The notes under the pieces: model-generated
The model's database searches: none
The model's input: only the letters and a program-made list of their open reading frames with translations
What the model was told of the DNA's origin: nothing
In this document: piece after piece, positions 17,345 through 27,780 of the stretch
How the letters are laid out: every line of letters begins with the position of its first letter
How positions within the stretch are numbered: the stretch's first letter is position 1
Program-made: the position numbers and the translations under genes
From: an uncultured Candidatus Saccharibacteria bacterium
Lineage (GTDB): Bacteria > Patescibacteriota > Minisyncoccia > Phycocordibacterales > UBA9973
Direction of reading: 5' to 3'
NCBI GenBank assembly: GCA_964646765.1
Contig: CAZYIA010000001.1
Span: 341,621 to 405,620 of the forward strand
Length of the DNA: 64,000 nt

Positions 17345-18919
17345 ATGCAAAAATTCTTTTTGTATGCTCGCAAGTCAACCGATGTTGAAGATAAACAAGT
17401 GTTATCAATAGACGCTCAACTCACCGAATTGCGGGAGTTCGCCAAGAGAGAAAATTTAGTCATCGCCCGTGAGTTTATAGAAAAACAATCTGCTAAAATT
17501 CCAGGTCGTCCCGTTTTTAATGAAATGATGAAGTGTATTGAAAAGGGCGATGCAGATTGTATTCTCTCTTGGCATCCAGATCGTCTTGCCCGCAATTCAG
17601 TTGATGGTGGCAAGATTATTTACTTTTTAGACATCGGATTGCTTGCGAGCCTCAAATTCCCACAGTTTTGGTTTGAAAGTACGCCACAGGGCAAATTTAC
17701 GCTTTCTATGGCATTTGTACAAAGCAAATACTATGTAGATTCTCTTTCCGATAACACGAAAAGAGGACTTCGCCAAAAAGTACGCATGGGAATATTCCCA
17801 AGCCAAGCGCCAATCGGTTATATAAACGACAGTCGCACCAAAACGATTGTGGTAGAAAAGAAGAAAGCAAAAATCTTGCGCTTGGCTTTTGAACGATATG
17901 TGAAAGGAAATCAAAGGTTAGAGGATATCGCAACTTTTTTGGCAAAGAACGGAATATCTACGCGTTCCGGAAAGAGAATCTCAAAAACGAGAGTGGCTTT
18001 CATTTTGTCCAATCTGTTCTATGTCGGACTTTTTAACTATGCCGGTGAACTTCACGAGGGTAAGCACGAGCCAATCATTTCAAAGAAACTTTTTGATGAA
18101 GCACAGGAAATGCTGAAACTTCGTGGACAACCAGAGCGTAAACCACAAAATGAACCCCAATCTTTCTGCGGACTCATTTCCTGTGCCTCATGCGGGATGA
18201 TGATAACTGGCGAATACAAGGTGAAGAAACAGAAAAATGGCAATGTCCACAATTACACCTACTACCACTGCACGAAAAAACGCAAAGATATGAAATGTCC
18301 CGAACCTTGTATTCGGGAAGAAGAATTAGATCGCCAGTTATCATCTCTAATCAAAAAAGTTTCTTTGCCCAAAGACTGGGCGGAGGAATTGTTAAAAATG
18401 GCAGAAAACGAACATGGAAATTCCGCCCAGTCTTTGACTGCTTGTGTGAAAGAGAACGAAACAAAAATATCGGTCATTTCACAAAAGTTGGAGCGACTTC
18501 TTAATGGATATTTAGAGCAAGATATTGAAAAAGAAGTTTATCGCATAGAAAAAGCAAAACTTGTGTTGCAAAAGAAGTCGCTTGAAGAAGAAATGACCTC
18601 TCTTTCACACAAGCAGAATGATTGGCTCGAACCCTTTACCGAATGGGTGAAAGCCGCTCAATCATTGGACAAAATTGCTTCTGATGATGACCTTTTTGCA
18701 AAAAAGGTCAAAGCCAAAGAAATCTTTGGCTCGAACCTGCTTCTTGGCGAGAAAACAGTGCGCGTCGCCGAAGGCGACGCTCCAAATTCATTAGGAAAAA
18801 TCGGCGGGAATCCTTGGGACGCGCTTCGCGCGTCCCGCATTGGGGCTTCCAAAAAACCGATTAGTAAAATTCTGGTGCGCCGGGAAGGATTCGAACCTTC
18901 GCAGCCCGAAGGCGCTTGA
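17345..18919 (+). CDS. Large serine recombinase (resolvase, recombinase and zinc-ribbon domains); C-terminus encoded by antisense tRNA-Tyr
   Basis: YARKST catalytic Ser, DRLARN, LSNLFYVG, HEPIIS, CASCG...YYHC; ends LVRREGFEPSQPEGA. Confidence 0.95.
   Translation: MQKFFLYARKSTDVEDKQVLSIDAQLTELREFAKRENLVIAREFIEKQSAKIPGRPVFNEMMKCIEKGDADCILSWHPDRLARNSVDGGKIIYFLDIGLLASLKFPQFWFESTPQGKFTLSMAFVQSKYYVDSLSDNTKRGLRQKVRMGIFPSQAPIGYINDSRTKTIVVEKKKAKILRLAFERYVKGNQRLEDIATFLAKNGISTRSGKRISKTRVAFILSNLFYVGLFNYAGELHEGKHEPIISKKLFDEAQEMLKLRGQPERKPQNEPQSFCGLISCASCGMMITGEYKVKKQKNGNVHNYTYYHCTKKRKDMKCPEPCIREEELDRQLSSLIKKVSLPKDWAEELLKMAENEHGNSAQSLTACVKENETKISVISQKLERLLNGYLEQDIEKEVYRIEKAKLVLQKKSLEEEMTSLSHKQNDWLEPFTEWVKAAQSLDKIASDDDLFAKKVKAKEIFGSNLLLGEKTVRVAEGDAPNSLGKIGGNPWDALRASRIGASKKPISKILVRREGFEPSQPEGA
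18733..18877 (+). repeat. 145-bp inverted repeat (attP P arm, within recombinase 3' end); partner 17004-17148
   Basis: Reverse-complement match; ORF 16962..17240(-) repeats the same peptide. Confidence 0.97.
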
Positions 18920-18958
18920 TTTACAGTCAAGTGCGATTGACCACTCCGCCACCGACGC
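18873..18958 (-). tRNA. tRNA-Tyr(GTA)
   Basis: Reverse complement GCGTCGG...CTTGA-CTGTAAA-TCAAG...GTTCGAATCCTTCCCGGCGCACCA. Confidence 0.96.
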
Positions 18959-19077
18959 AACTTTGCGACATAAGGTCGCAATCCTCTCTAATGCTCGCCA
19001 CGCTGCGTCGGTGTCGGCCACCTTCGCTACGCTTCGGATAAAAACTGAAGCAGTCCAGTTTTTATCCACCGACGCAA
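18959..19077 (-). repeat. Structured element upstream of tRNA-Tyr duplicating its 5' end
   Basis: CCACCGACGCAA at 18949-18960 and 19066-19077; inverted copy TGCGTCGGTG 19004-19013; hairpin with GACTGCTT centre. Confidence 0.7.
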
Positions 19078-19120
19078 TAGAAAACTCTACTAGTATAGTC
19101 AAAAATCGCTTTTTGTCACG

Positions 19121-20314
19121 CTATCGAATGGTTCTTTGACTTTGGCTACTGCGTTGGTTAACTGAATACTTATACGGAATAAGAGTAACTGTTTTAGCGA
19201 TATCAGCCGTTAACTCGTCAACAAGTTGTCTGCCACCTGGAATATATGGATTAACTATATTTGAAGTAAAAATTGCAAAATATAGTGAACCATTCGTGGT
19301 ATTCATCACTCCTGCGGCTGTTTGCGCATGAAAAACATAGCCGGTTTTAACTACTAATGATGGTCCAATTCCCAAGAAACGGTTATGGACTGTTCCTGAG
19401 TCAATGGTTGGCACAACTAATACGTCTGGCAATGTTTTACCGAGAGCGACTAACTTTTTCTCTATATGCTTGAGCACTGAAAGCGTTAACCTGCATGACG
19501 TCGTCGTATCATGCGTTCCTGAACCAGTATCGAATGAAGCATCGTTTCCCATAGATCCGTATGTAGTTAGAAGATATTTGTGTAACGCCTCCTTACCACC
19601 CAACTTTGCAAACAGCGTATCAGCAATAACATTATTTGAGTAGTTATTCATTTCTTTAAGTAAGGTAAGTAGCGGAGATGATGAAAGCGTAAGACGAACC
19701 TTGGAAAGAGGGACAACAAGTGGACGATAACGGACTTTAATCGTGCGTTTAAAATACGCCTTAGCGTTGGTAGCAATCGTTGTTCCAATTAAGGTAGGAG
19801 AAGTTTGCCAATTAACAATCACATTACGATCAAAGACAATAGTCGTAAGAGATGACTTCTCAGTTTTTGTTAATCGAGAAAAAATAACCTTAAGATCAGC
19901 TTCAGAAAGTTCAGGATCACTTCCTCCCATAATACTCAGGACGCCCTTTGAGTAATACACCTTTGTTGTAAAACGATACTCTGGTGAATACATCGAAAGT
20001 GCCCAATCTGTAACGTAGAGTTTAGCAACTGAGGCAGGAATAGCGGGTAGAGCATCTTGAAATGAAGCAAGCAACACACCGTTTTGCTCAGCACAAAATA
20101 CCTGAGACGGTGGTGAAAAACCATACTCAGATATTGTGTTGAACATCTCGTGCTCAAGAGTATTTTCGGCAAACACGGAATGCGGAATGAGAAAAGTAAC
20201 TAGAAAAACAAGAACGAGGGAAAATCGAATACTAGCTATGAGCCATACTCTTATGGCTGATCTGGCTTGCGCCTTTTCGGCCACGGGCTTTTTTAAGTTC
20301 AATAAATAGCTCAT
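19121..20314 (-). CDS. dacB: D-alanyl-D-alanine carboxypeptidase/endopeptidase (peptidase S13, PBP4-like); start uncertain
   Basis: PASVAK (SxxK), YSNN (SxN), TGSG, KTG. Confidence 0.8.
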   Translation of the reverse strand: MSYLLNLKKPVAEKAQARSAIRVWLIASIRFSLVLVFLVTFLIPHSVFAENTLEHEMFNTISEYGFSPPSQVFCAEQNGVLLASFQDALPAIPASVAKLYVTDWALSMYSPEYRFTTKVYYSKGVLSIMGGSDPELSEADLKVIFSRLTKTEKSSLTTIVFDRNVIVNWQTSPTLIGTTIATNAKAYFKRTIKVRYRPLVVPLSKVRLTLSSSPLLTLLKEMNNYSNNVIADTLFAKLGGKEALHKYLLTTYGSMGNDASFDTGSGTHDTTTSCRLTLSVLKHIEKKLVALGKTLPDVLVVPTIDSGTVHNRFLGIGPSLVVKTGYVFHAQTAAGVMNTTNGSLYFAIFTSNIVNPYIPGGRQLVDELTADIAKTVTLIPYKYSVNQRSSQSQRTIR

Positions 20315-22922
20315 GGTTTTTCATGGTTACCTGCACCATATCCCCTTTGCTAACACCCTTAGAGATAATGAAGGAAGCAACCGGATTCAAAATTTTATTT
20401 TGAATCAAACGATTGAGCGGTCGCGCACCATAATGAGGGTTGTATCCTTCTTTTGCGAGGTAATCGAGAGCTTCAGGAGAAAGTTCAAGTGTAATTCCCT
20501 TTCCAAGTAATCGTTCCCGAACTTGGGCAACACGAAGATCAACAATAGTACGAATAACAGTAGGCGTAAGAACATCGAAGGTAATGATTTCGTCGATACG
20601 GTTCAAAAATTCTGGGCGGAAGTGTTCTTTTAGGCTTTCAGATACTTTTTCTTTCACTCGAGCATAATCCTGTTCTGGGCTCTGGTTATTAGTGAATCCC
20701 ATTGCCTCCATTTTCTCAATAAATTGAGAACCAAGATTTGAAGTCATAATGATAACGGTATTCTTAAAGTTCACCACGCGGCCTTTGCCGTCAGTTAGCC
20801 GACCATCATCAAGAACCTGAAGTAACAGATTAAATACTTCTGGATGTGCCTTTTCAATTTCATCAAAGAGTACAACTGAATATGGACGATGGCGGATTGC
20901 TTCAGAGAGCTGACCACTTTCATCGTAACCAACATAGCCTGGCGGTGAGCCAACTAATTTGGAAACACTATGACGTTCCATGTATTCACTCATATCAACA
21001 CGCACGAGTGCTTTGTCATCATTAAACAAGAACTCAGCGAGGGCTTTGGTGAGCTCAGTTTTACCTACACCGGTTGGACCCAAGAAAATAAATGAACCAA
21101 TTGGACGATTTGGATCTGAAATTCCAGCTCGTGAGCGACGAATCACATCAGCCACTTTTTTAATAGCCTCATCCTGACCAACGACGCGCTTATTAAGCTC
21201 ATCTTCCATACGCTCAAGCTTAGCGCGTTCTTCTTCCATCATTCTCGTAAGAGGGATACCAGTCCAACGAGCAACAACAGAGGCAATATCTTCAGCGGTA
21301 ATTTCCTCTTTCAAAATGCGGCGAGACTTCTGGAGTTTTGAGAGTCGAGCAAGTTTCTGGTCGAGATCTTTCTGGAGTCCTGGAATTTTTCCGTAACGAA
21401 TTTCTGCCGCTCGCGCGAGATCAACGCGCATTTCTGCACTCTCTGCCTCAAGACGAGCTGCTTCGAGATCTTTCTTGATTTTACGAATATCCTCAACGAG
21501 AACTTTTTCATTTTGCCACTTGAGTTCAAGTTCTTTTGTTTTTTCGTGAAGGTTAGCAATTTCAGCATCGAGCTCTTTGATGCGCTCTTTGGTTTCCTTA
21601 TCGTTGTGGTGCGCTTCAAGATCTTTTTTCAGCGCCTGCTTTTCAATTTCAAAGCGCATAATCTTTCGGTGTGCTTCTTCAAGGGGCTGTGGTTTATTCT
21701 CGAGGTTAATACGAAGTGCTGAAGCTGCTTCATCAATGAGATCAACCGCCTTATCCGGTAAGAAGCGATTAGTGATGTACCGAGTTGAAAGATTTACAGC
21801 AGCAACAATAGCATCGTCAGTAATGCGAACACCGTGATAGAGCTCGTACTTTTCTTTGAGTCCTCGCAGTACAGCAATAGCGTCTTCTATTCCTGGTTCA
21901 TCAACATACACTGGCTGAAAACGACGTGCCAGCGCAGGATCTTTTTCAATATGCTTTTGGTATTCCTTGAGCGTGGTTGCACCAATTGCTCGAAGTTCTC
22001 CACGAGCAAGAGCTGGCTTTAACATATTGGAAGCATCAAGCGAACCTTCGGAAGCACCTGCCCCAACAAGAGTATGAATTTCGTCAACGAAGAGAATAAC
22101 TTTGTTATCTGAGCGCTCAATTTCTTTCATAATAGCTTTCAAGCGCTCTTCAAATTCACCACGATACTTTGTCCCCGCAACCAAGAGACCAAGGTCAAGA
22201 GAAACGATTTCTTTATCTTTGAGCGATTCTGGAACATCTGCTTTTGCGATGCGCTGAGCCAGTCCTTCAACAACCGCCGTTTTCCCCGTTCCCGCTTCTC
22301 CGATGAGAATTGGATTGTTTTTTGTACGACGAGAAAGAATTTGCATGATGCGCATAATCTCACTATCGCGGCCAATAACCGGATCGAGTTTATCTTCACG
22401 AGCGAGGGCAGTGAGATTACGAGTATACTTTGAAAGGTTGCGAGTCTTTTTCACTGAGCTCGTATCGGAAATATTCTGACTACGGAATTCTTCAATAACT
22501 TTTACTACAGCATCACGAGTGATGCGGAATCGAGTAAGGAGTTCACGAGCTTCTGACGGCACTTCTAACAACGCCACAAAGAGGTGTTCGGTCGAAACAA
22601 ACTCATCTTTCATATGAGCTGTAATTTTGCTCGAAAGTTCAATAACCTGTGCCAAGTCAGGTGTCAGGTAAATCTGATACGATGGCGACATCGTTGATTT
22701 AGCTTCGGGAGCTTCAATAACCTCTAAAATACCGTCAGTTAAAAGTGCAGTATCAATTTCAAGGTTATCGAGAATTGAAACAACCATCGATTCTTCCTGG
22801 AGAACCAAGGCGGCTAAGAGATGTACCGAATTCACGTGGTTTTGGCCGCGCTCGATAGCAAGCTCGTGGCTTTTACGAATAGCTTCTTTGGCTTTAGTTG
22901 TGAAATTGCTGAATTGAGGCAT
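20232..22922 (-). CDS. clpB: ATP-dependent chaperone ClpB
   Basis: Clp N domain, two AAA+ modules ([16 protein letters not shown]), long coiled-coil middle domain ([10 protein letters not shown]). Confidence 0.92.
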   Translation of the reverse strand: MPQFSNFTTKAKEAIRKSHELAIERGQNHVNSVHLLAALVLQEESMVVSILDNLEIDTALLTDGILEVIEAPEAKSTMSPSYQIYLTPDLAQVIELSSKITAHMKDEFVSTEHLFVALLEVPSEARELLTRFRITRDAVVKVIEEFRSQNISDTSSVKKTRNLSKYTRNLTALAREDKLDPVIGRDSEIMRIMQILSRRTKNNPILIGEAGTGKTAVVEGLAQRIAKADVPESLKDKEIVSLDLGLLVAGTKYRGEFEERLKAIMKEIERSDNKVILFVDEIHTLVGAGASEGSLDASNMLKPALARGELRAIGATTLKEYQKHIEKDPALARRFQPVYVDEPGIEDAIAVLRGLKEKYELYHGVRITDDAIVAAVNLSTRYITNRFLPDKAVDLIDEAASALRINLENKPQPLEEAHRKIMRFEIEKQALKKDLEAHHNDKETKERIKELDAEIANLHEKTKELELKWQNEKVLVEDIRKIKKDLEAARLEAESAEMRVDLARAAEIRYGKIPGLQKDLDQKLARLSKLQKSRRILKEEITAEDIASVVARWTGIPLTRMMEEERAKLERMEDELNKRVVGQDEAIKKVADVIRRSRAGISDPNRPIGSFIFLGPTGVGKTELTKALAEFLFNDDKALVRVDMSEYMERHSVSKLVGSPPGYVGYDESGQLSEAIRHRPYSVVLFDEIEKAHPEVFNLLLQVLDDGRLTDGKGRVVNFKNTVIIMTSNLGSQFIEKMEAMGFTNNQSPEQDYARVKEKVSESLKEHFRPEFLNRIDEIITFDVLTPTVIRTIVDLRVAQVRERLLGKGITLELSPEALDYLAKEGYNPHYGARPLNRLIQNKILNPVASFIISKGVSKGDMVQVTMKNHELFIELKKARGRKGASQISHKSMAHS

Positions 22923-22936
22923 ATGTATAGTATACA

Positions 22937-24148
22937 CTACCGTGCAAGTCCTTCTTCATGAAGAAGAGCACGTATATCTTCTAGAGCTTTGAGAGTACCT
23001 ATAATGTCGTTTTTTGTTGTTGTTCGTCCGAGAGAAAATCGAATGCCGCCACTTCTCCCGCCATCTTTTTTTCCTAAAGCTCCTATAACATGAGACGGTT
23101 CCTCACTCTCGCTCTTACAAGCACTTTTTTCGGAAACGGAAATTCCACGAGCATCAAGGTAGAGCATGAGCGTTTCACTTTCTAATCCAGGAAAGGTCAC
23201 ATGCACGTTATTGGGTAGTCGCTCATCCTGTGAACCATTTATTTCAATATCAGGAAATAGTGCTTTTAATTTTGTAAAGAAAAATGTTTGCAGTTTACGT
23301 AAACGTTGTACTTCTTTCTCTTTCATTTTTTGGGTAATCGTTAGTGCTTCAGAAAACGCCACACTTCCAGCAACATTTTCGGTGCCAGGCCGACGATTCC
23401 CTTCTTGTAGTCCTCCATGAAAGAGTGAACCGAAAGCCACAGACTTAGAAACAAAAAGTGCTCCGGTTCCTTTGGGGCCATATATTTTTGAACCGTTGAG
23501 TGTCATGAGATCTACTCCTAGTGACGGCACGCGAAGTGAGAGATAATTTGCCGCCTGTGTTGCGTCAGTATGAAAATATGGCCACAACGGGTGCACTTTC
23601 TCTGTGTGCATCTTTCTAAAGTGGCGAATACTTTTTGCAAGTTCGCGAATTGGCTGCACGGTACCAATCTCATTGTTAGCATACATAATAGAAACTAAAA
23701 CAGTTTCTGGGCGAAGTAATTTTTTAAATGCGTCTATATCTATAATGCCTTGAGAAGTTACTGGCGCATAGGAAACCGTAGCTATACCTTCTTTTTCGAG
23801 TGCTTTCGCTGTCTCAATAATAGCTGCATGTTCAATGGCCGAAACAATGATGTGCGGTTTTGCCCCCTTTAGGTAACTTTGAACACTTGGATCTCGGAGC
23901 ACTCCAAGTACCGCTAAGTTATCACCTTCAGTACCTCCTGAAGTAAAAACAATTTCATGCGGCAATACTTCAAGTACCTGAGCTACTCTAATCCGAGCTT
24001 CTTCGAGAGCTTGCTTTGCGACAACTCCCCCCTTATGTAGTGCACTCGGATTGGCCCAATAGACCTTAGCGGTTTTGGTATATACGGTAAGCACTCTCGG
24101 ATCAATCGGGGTAGCGGAAGCAAAATCTAAATAAATCGATTTTCTCAT
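22937..24148 (-). CDS. iscS: Cysteine desulfurase (IscS/NifS family)
   Basis: [40 protein letters not shown]. Confidence 0.9.
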   Translation of the reverse strand: MRKSIYLDFASATPIDPRVLTVYTKTAKVYWANPSALHKGGVVAKQALEEARIRVAQVLEVLPHEIVFTSGGTEGDNLAVLGVLRDPSVQSYLKGAKPHIIVSAIEHAAIIETAKALEKEGIATVSYAPVTSQGIIDIDAFKKLLRPETVLVSIMYANNEIGTVQPIRELAKSIRHFRKMHTEKVHPLWPYFHTDATQAANYLSLRVPSLGVDLMTLNGSKIYGPKGTGALFVSKSVAFGSLFHGGLQEGNRRPGTENVAGSVAFSEALTITQKMKEKEVQRLRKLQTFFFTKLKALFPDIEINGSQDERLPNNVHVTFPGLESETLMLYLDARGISVSEKSACKSESEEPSHVIGALGKKDGGRSGGIRFSLGRTTTKNDIIGTLKALEDIRALLHEEGLAR

Positions 24149-24231
24149 AAGTTCTTACGTTATAACTTGATTACCGAAATAACGCAAAAGCCGTGCAAAA
24201 TAGGGCTTTTTAGTGTATACTCGCCTCCTGT

Positions 24232-24684
24232 ATGGATACTACTCTTATCATCGAAATTGTTTTGGCCATTCTCATTCTTGTCGCCCTTATTTGGCTGATT
24301 CGTGTTGAGCAACGTCTTTCTCGTCTCTTCCGTGGAAGTAAAGCCGAAAGTCTTGAGGGACATTTTTCAGCACTTACGGAACAAGTGGAGAAACTAACTG
24401 ATGCTGAACGTGAACTCTTTGACCGACTCAACAAAACAGATGCTCGATTAAAGAAAAGTATCCGCAACATCGAAACCATTCGTTTCAATCCATTTCCGGG
24501 TGAAGGCAGTAACCAAAGTTTTGCTGCTGCATTAGTAAACGATGAAGGAAACGGTATTGTGTTCTCCAGCTTATATTCTCGGGAGCGTATGAGTGTATTT
24601 GCCAAGCCAATCCAAGGTGGAAAATCAGAGCACGAATTAACCGAAGAAGAACTTGAGGTTCTTTCTCGCGCACAAAATGTATGA
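24232..24684 (+). CDS. DUF4446-like membrane-anchored protein
   Basis: N-terminal TM, coiled coil, RFNPF...NQSF...FAKPI...LTEEE pattern. Confidence 0.75.
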   Translation: MDTTLIIEIVLAILILVALIWLIRVEQRLSRLFRGSKAESLEGHFSALTEQVEKLTDAERELFDRLNKTDARLKKSIRNIETIRFNPFPGEGSNQSFAAALVNDEGNGIVFSSLYSRERMSVFAKPIQGGKSEHELTEEELEVLSRAQNV

Positions 24685-26186
24685 CCGACAAAAAACACAA
24701 CAAAATACCAAGACCGCCGGTAGTGGTTGTGATGGGTCATATCGACCATGGTAAAAGCACACTCTTAGACTATATCCGTAAAACAAACGTCGTTGCCGGT
24801 GAAGCTGGCGGCATTACGCAGCATATTGCTGCCTATGAAGTGCCTCATAAAGACGAGCATGGTGAACTTCGAAAAATAACTTTCCTTGATACTCCTGGGC
24901 ACGAAGCATTTTCAAAAATGCGAGCTCGTGGCGCAAATGCTGGCGACATCGCTATTTTGGTTGTCTCCGCTGAAGACTCAGTAAAAGCTCAAACTATTGA
25001 AGCTTGGGAAACTATCCAAAAAGCAAAACTACCAGTTGTTGTTGCTATCAATAAAATTGATAAGCCAAACGCAAACGTAGAAAAGACAAAGATTGATCTT
25101 GCCGAAAAAGGAATCTACCTCGAAGGCTACGGCGGGGATATTCCTTTTGCTCCAATTTCTGCCAAAGCGGGTACTGGGGTTGATGAACTGCTCTCGCTCA
25201 TTCTCTTGGTAGCTGAACTCAACGAATTTACTGGTGATCCAACTATGGCAGCAGAAGGTTTCGTCATCGAAAGTAAACTTGATCCAAAGCGTGGTATTTC
25301 TGCCACACTTATTATCAAAAATGGAACGCTTTCGAAAGGTGACTATATTGTTGCGGAAAATGCCATGGTTGGTACCCGCATTTTAGAAAACTTCCTTGGA
25401 AAAGCAATCGAGAGCGCAACGTTCTCTTCTCCAATTCAAGTTGTCGGATTTGATAAAGAACCCACTGTCGGTAGTATTTTTGTTAGTTGTGGAACCAAGA
25501 AAGAAGCGGAAGCTTCATGTCGTGCAAATCTCGCTGAATCGCGCCAAAAGGAAATGAGTGAAGAAAGTATTGATGCGAGCGCCGCGGTTGTTCCCCTTGT
25601 TATTAAAACTGATGTTGCTGGAAGTGGTGAAGCGATTGTTTCAGAAATCAAAAAATTAGAACTGCCAACACTTAAGTGGAAAGTGATTAGTACTGGAGTT
25701 GGTGCCATTTCTGAGGCTGACATGAAACTCGCTCAAGCCGACCCAAACACCATCATCATTGCTTTTAACGTAGGCCAAGATGCTCGTGCTCGTGATATTG
25801 CTGAAAAGAGTGCGATTCCTATTAATACGTTTAATATTATCTACAAGCTCTCAGATTTTCTTAAAGAAGAAGCTGAGAAGCGTCGCCCTCGAGTTACCAC
25901 CCTTGAAACAACTGGTATAGCTAAAGTGCTAAAAATTTTCGCTGTCACGCGAGATCGCCAAGTGGCTGGTGGTAAAGTAACCACGGGATCAATGACACAA
26001 GGAGCCATCGTTCATATTAAACGTGGCGAAACAGAAATGGGTAAAGGAAAACTTATTGAAGTGCAGCAGAATAAGGAAAAGGTAAAAAGTGTTGAATCCG
26101 GGAAAGAATTCGGTTTCGCCCTTGAATCATCTATCGAAATTACCCCTGGAGACACATTAGAAATAATTACCGAAACGGTACGTTAA
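24681..26186 (+). CDS. infB: Translation initiation factor IF-2 (lacks N-terminal domain)
   Basis: [39 protein letters not shown]. Confidence 0.96.
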   Translation: MTDKKHNKIPRPPVVVVMGHIDHGKSTLLDYIRKTNVVAGEAGGITQHIAAYEVPHKDEHGELRKITFLDTPGHEAFSKMRARGANAGDIAILVVSAEDSVKAQTIEAWETIQKAKLPVVVAINKIDKPNANVEKTKIDLAEKGIYLEGYGGDIPFAPISAKAGTGVDELLSLILLVAELNEFTGDPTMAAEGFVIESKLDPKRGISATLIIKNGTLSKGDYIVAENAMVGTRILENFLGKAIESATFSSPIQVVGFDKEPTVGSIFVSCGTKKEAEASCRANLAESRQKEMSEESIDASAAVVPLVIKTDVAGSGEAIVSEIKKLELPTLKWKVISTGVGAISEADMKLAQADPNTIIIAFNVGQDARARDIAEKSAIPINTFNIIYKLSDFLKEEAEKRRPRVTTLETTGIAKVLKIFAVTRDRQVAGGKVTTGSMTQGAIVHIKRGETEMGKGKLIEVQQNKEKVKSVESGKEFGFALESSIEITPGDTLEIITETVR

Positions 26187-26189
26187 ACC

Positions 26190-26513
26190 ATGATAGACAA
26201 TGAAAGAAATGAAAAAATGACCGAGATTATTAAACGAGGCGCAGCTAGTTTTTTTGAACGCGAAAGCAATCGCGATGCTCTTGTTTCAGTAACCAACGTG
26301 ATGCTTACTCCCGACGGTAAGCGAGCTATGATTTACCTCTCTGTAATGCCAGAAACAAAAGAGGCAGGAGTGTTGGATTTTGCCAAGCGAAAACGAGGCG
26401 AGCTGCGAGAATATTTATTCAAACAAGTCCGTGCGCGTTCCCTTCCCTTCCTTGACGTTGCGATAGATCTTGGTGAAAAAAATAGACAGCAATTAGATAG
26501 CATATTAAGATAG
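26190..26513 (+). CDS. rbfA: Ribosome-binding factor A
   Basis: Follows infB; VSVTNVMLTPDGKRAMIYLSV...RSLPFL KH-like pattern. Confidence 0.85.
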   Translation: MIDNERNEKMTEIIKRGAASFFERESNRDALVSVTNVMLTPDGKRAMIYLSVMPETKEAGVLDFAKRKRGELREYLFKQVRARSLPFLDVAIDLGEKNRQQLDSILR

Positions 26514-26541
26514 CTGGAGTTCGAGAAAGTTAAATTAATAC

Positions 26542-26613
26542 GGCCTAGTCGCCAAGTGGTAAGGCAAGGGTCTGCAAAACCCTTATACGGCGGTTCGATT
26601 CCGCCCTAGGCCT
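26542..26613 (+). tRNA. tRNA-Cys(GCA)
   Basis: GGCCTAG/CTAGGCC acceptor, AGGGT-CTGCAAA-ACCCT. Confidence 0.95.
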
Positions 26614-26618
26614 CAACA

Positions 26619-26657
26619 ACAAAAAACAACTAGAGAATACCTCTAGTTGTTTTTTGT
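26619..26657. terminator. Bidirectional terminator between convergent tRNAs
   Basis: AAAAAACAACTAGAG-AATAC-CTCTAGTTGTTTTTT. Confidence 0.8.
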
Positions 26658-26659
26658 TG

Positions 26660-26741
26660 TGCCGGGGAGAGGACTTGAACCTCCATGCCTTGCGGCGCTT
26701 GCTCCTAAGGCAAGTGCGTCTGCCAATTTCGCCACCCCGGC
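26660..26741 (-). tRNA. tRNA-Leu(TAG)
   Basis: Reverse complement GCCGGGG...CTTGC-CTTAGGA-GCAAG...GTTCAAGTCCTCTCCCCGGCA. Confidence 0.95.
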
Positions 26742-26759
26742 AAATTCTATTTAGTTTTG

Positions 26760-26843
26760 TGCCCAGGGCGGGAGTCGAACCCGCACGGCATTGCTGCCTG
26801 GGGATTTTAAGTCCCCTATGTCTACCAATTCCATCACCCGGGC
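26760..26843 (-). tRNA. tRNA-Leu(TAA)
   Basis: Reverse complement GCCCGGG...GGGGA-CTTAAAA-TCCCC...GTTCGACTCCCGCCCTGGGCA. Confidence 0.95.
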
Positions 26844-26872
26844 AAGAAGTTTTATTCTAGCAAAAAAATAAA

Positions 26873-27036
26873 ATGCGAGGGATCTCCCTCGCCTCTCACT
26901 GTGCCGTCGCACAGTTCGGGCTGGACACCGCCTCACGATTTGCTCTGCTGAGCAAATATCGCTCCGGCGTTCGATCCCTACTCGCACGCCACGCAGGTGG
27001 CGTGCTTGGGCAGGACAAAGAGCGCTTCGCGATTTG
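26873..27036 (-). repeat. tRNA-Lys-matched structured element
   Basis: + strand GTTCGATCCCTACT[CGCACGCCACGCAGGTGGCGTGCT]TGGGCAGGAC (from 26969) is the tRNA-Lys 3' end split by a palindrome; core homologous to 13241-13329. Confidence 0.85.
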
Positions 27037-27109
27037 TCCGCCCAGTAGGGATCGAACCTACGACCGTACGCTTAAGAGGCGTCTGCTCTACCAACTGAGC
27101 TATGGGCGG
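27037..27109 (-). tRNA. tRNA-Lys(CTT)
   Basis: Reverse complement CCGCCCA...ACGC-CTCTTAA-GCGT...GTTCGATCCCTACTGGGCGGA. Confidence 0.93.
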
Positions 27110-27170
27110 ATGTATCTAAATACAGGAGAGACTCTAACAAAAATACCCTTATTTTTCAATACTTATTTAC

Positions 27171-27199
27171 TTGACTTTAGTCAAATTTTAGGGTATAAT
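27171..27199 (+). promoter_or_regulatory. Near-consensus sigma70 promoter
   Basis: TTGACT-N17-TATAAT; -35 lies in the palindrome TTGACT-TT-AGTCAA. Confidence 0.7.
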
Positions 27200-27320
27200 T
27201 TTATAGATTTCCTTGAAAAAGGAGTATTTCCTCCGCTCCCTTCAAAAACTCAGTTTTTGGGAAGAGTGGAGGCAATACAACTCTATAAACTTAAATTACT
27301 AACCAAAACAAATAATTGTT

Positions 27321-27755
27321 ATGTTCAAAAAAGGCTTAATCGCAATTTGCACCCTTGTTGTAATAATTGCACTTTTCATCTTTTGTCGTGTACTTTTCGG
27401 CCATTCAGACTTGCTTAAAAAAGCAAAGAATAATGGCGGCTGTTACACAACCACTATTAGTGGATCACCCACCCGATTGGAGTGGAAAAACACCGATTGG
27501 AACTTCCAAGTTCCTCCTGGAGTTACTTGTATCGTTGATTATCGGGAACCATATCCGGTGCTTGAAATCTGCGGTATCTGGATAGTGCGCAGTTCTATAA
27601 CTGGAACTGCAAGTTTTAATTCCAATCGTTGGATTACTCCCTTACCTTGTGGTTTAGGAAAAGACTACCCGGTTTACTGTAAATTCCGGACAAAAAATGG
27701 ACAGAAGGTGCCGCTCACTTGCACGATTCTAAAAGAGTGGGAAGAAGAAAACTAA
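27321..27755 (+). CDS. Hypothetical exported/membrane-anchored protein
   Basis: N-terminal hydrophobic helix; no family recognised. Confidence 0.6.
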   Translation: MFKKGLIAICTLVVIIALFIFCRVLFGHSDLLKKAKNNGGCYTTTISGSPTRLEWKNTDWNFQVPPGVTCIVDYREPYPVLEICGIWIVRSSITGTASFNSNRWITPLPCGLGKDYPVYCKFRTKNGQKVPLTCTILKEWEEEN

Positions 27756-27780
27756 ATCTCAAACGCAAAAAAAAATTAAA

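Larger units (their letters stand above)
14693..18877. mobile_element. Serine-recombinase genomic island integrated at the 3' end of tRNA-Tyr (GTG core)
   Basis: Junctions TTTAGT-GTG-TCTCTATTG (14693) and ATTCTG-GTG-CGCCGGG (18875); removal restores the tRNA end directly followed by a terminator-like hairpin; AT-rich cargo. Confidence 0.9.

Noticed and set aside
26654-27418. ORFs over tRNA clusters (also 3716-3997, 18658-19139, 45051-45293)
   Set aside because: Shadow translations of tRNA genes and structured elements
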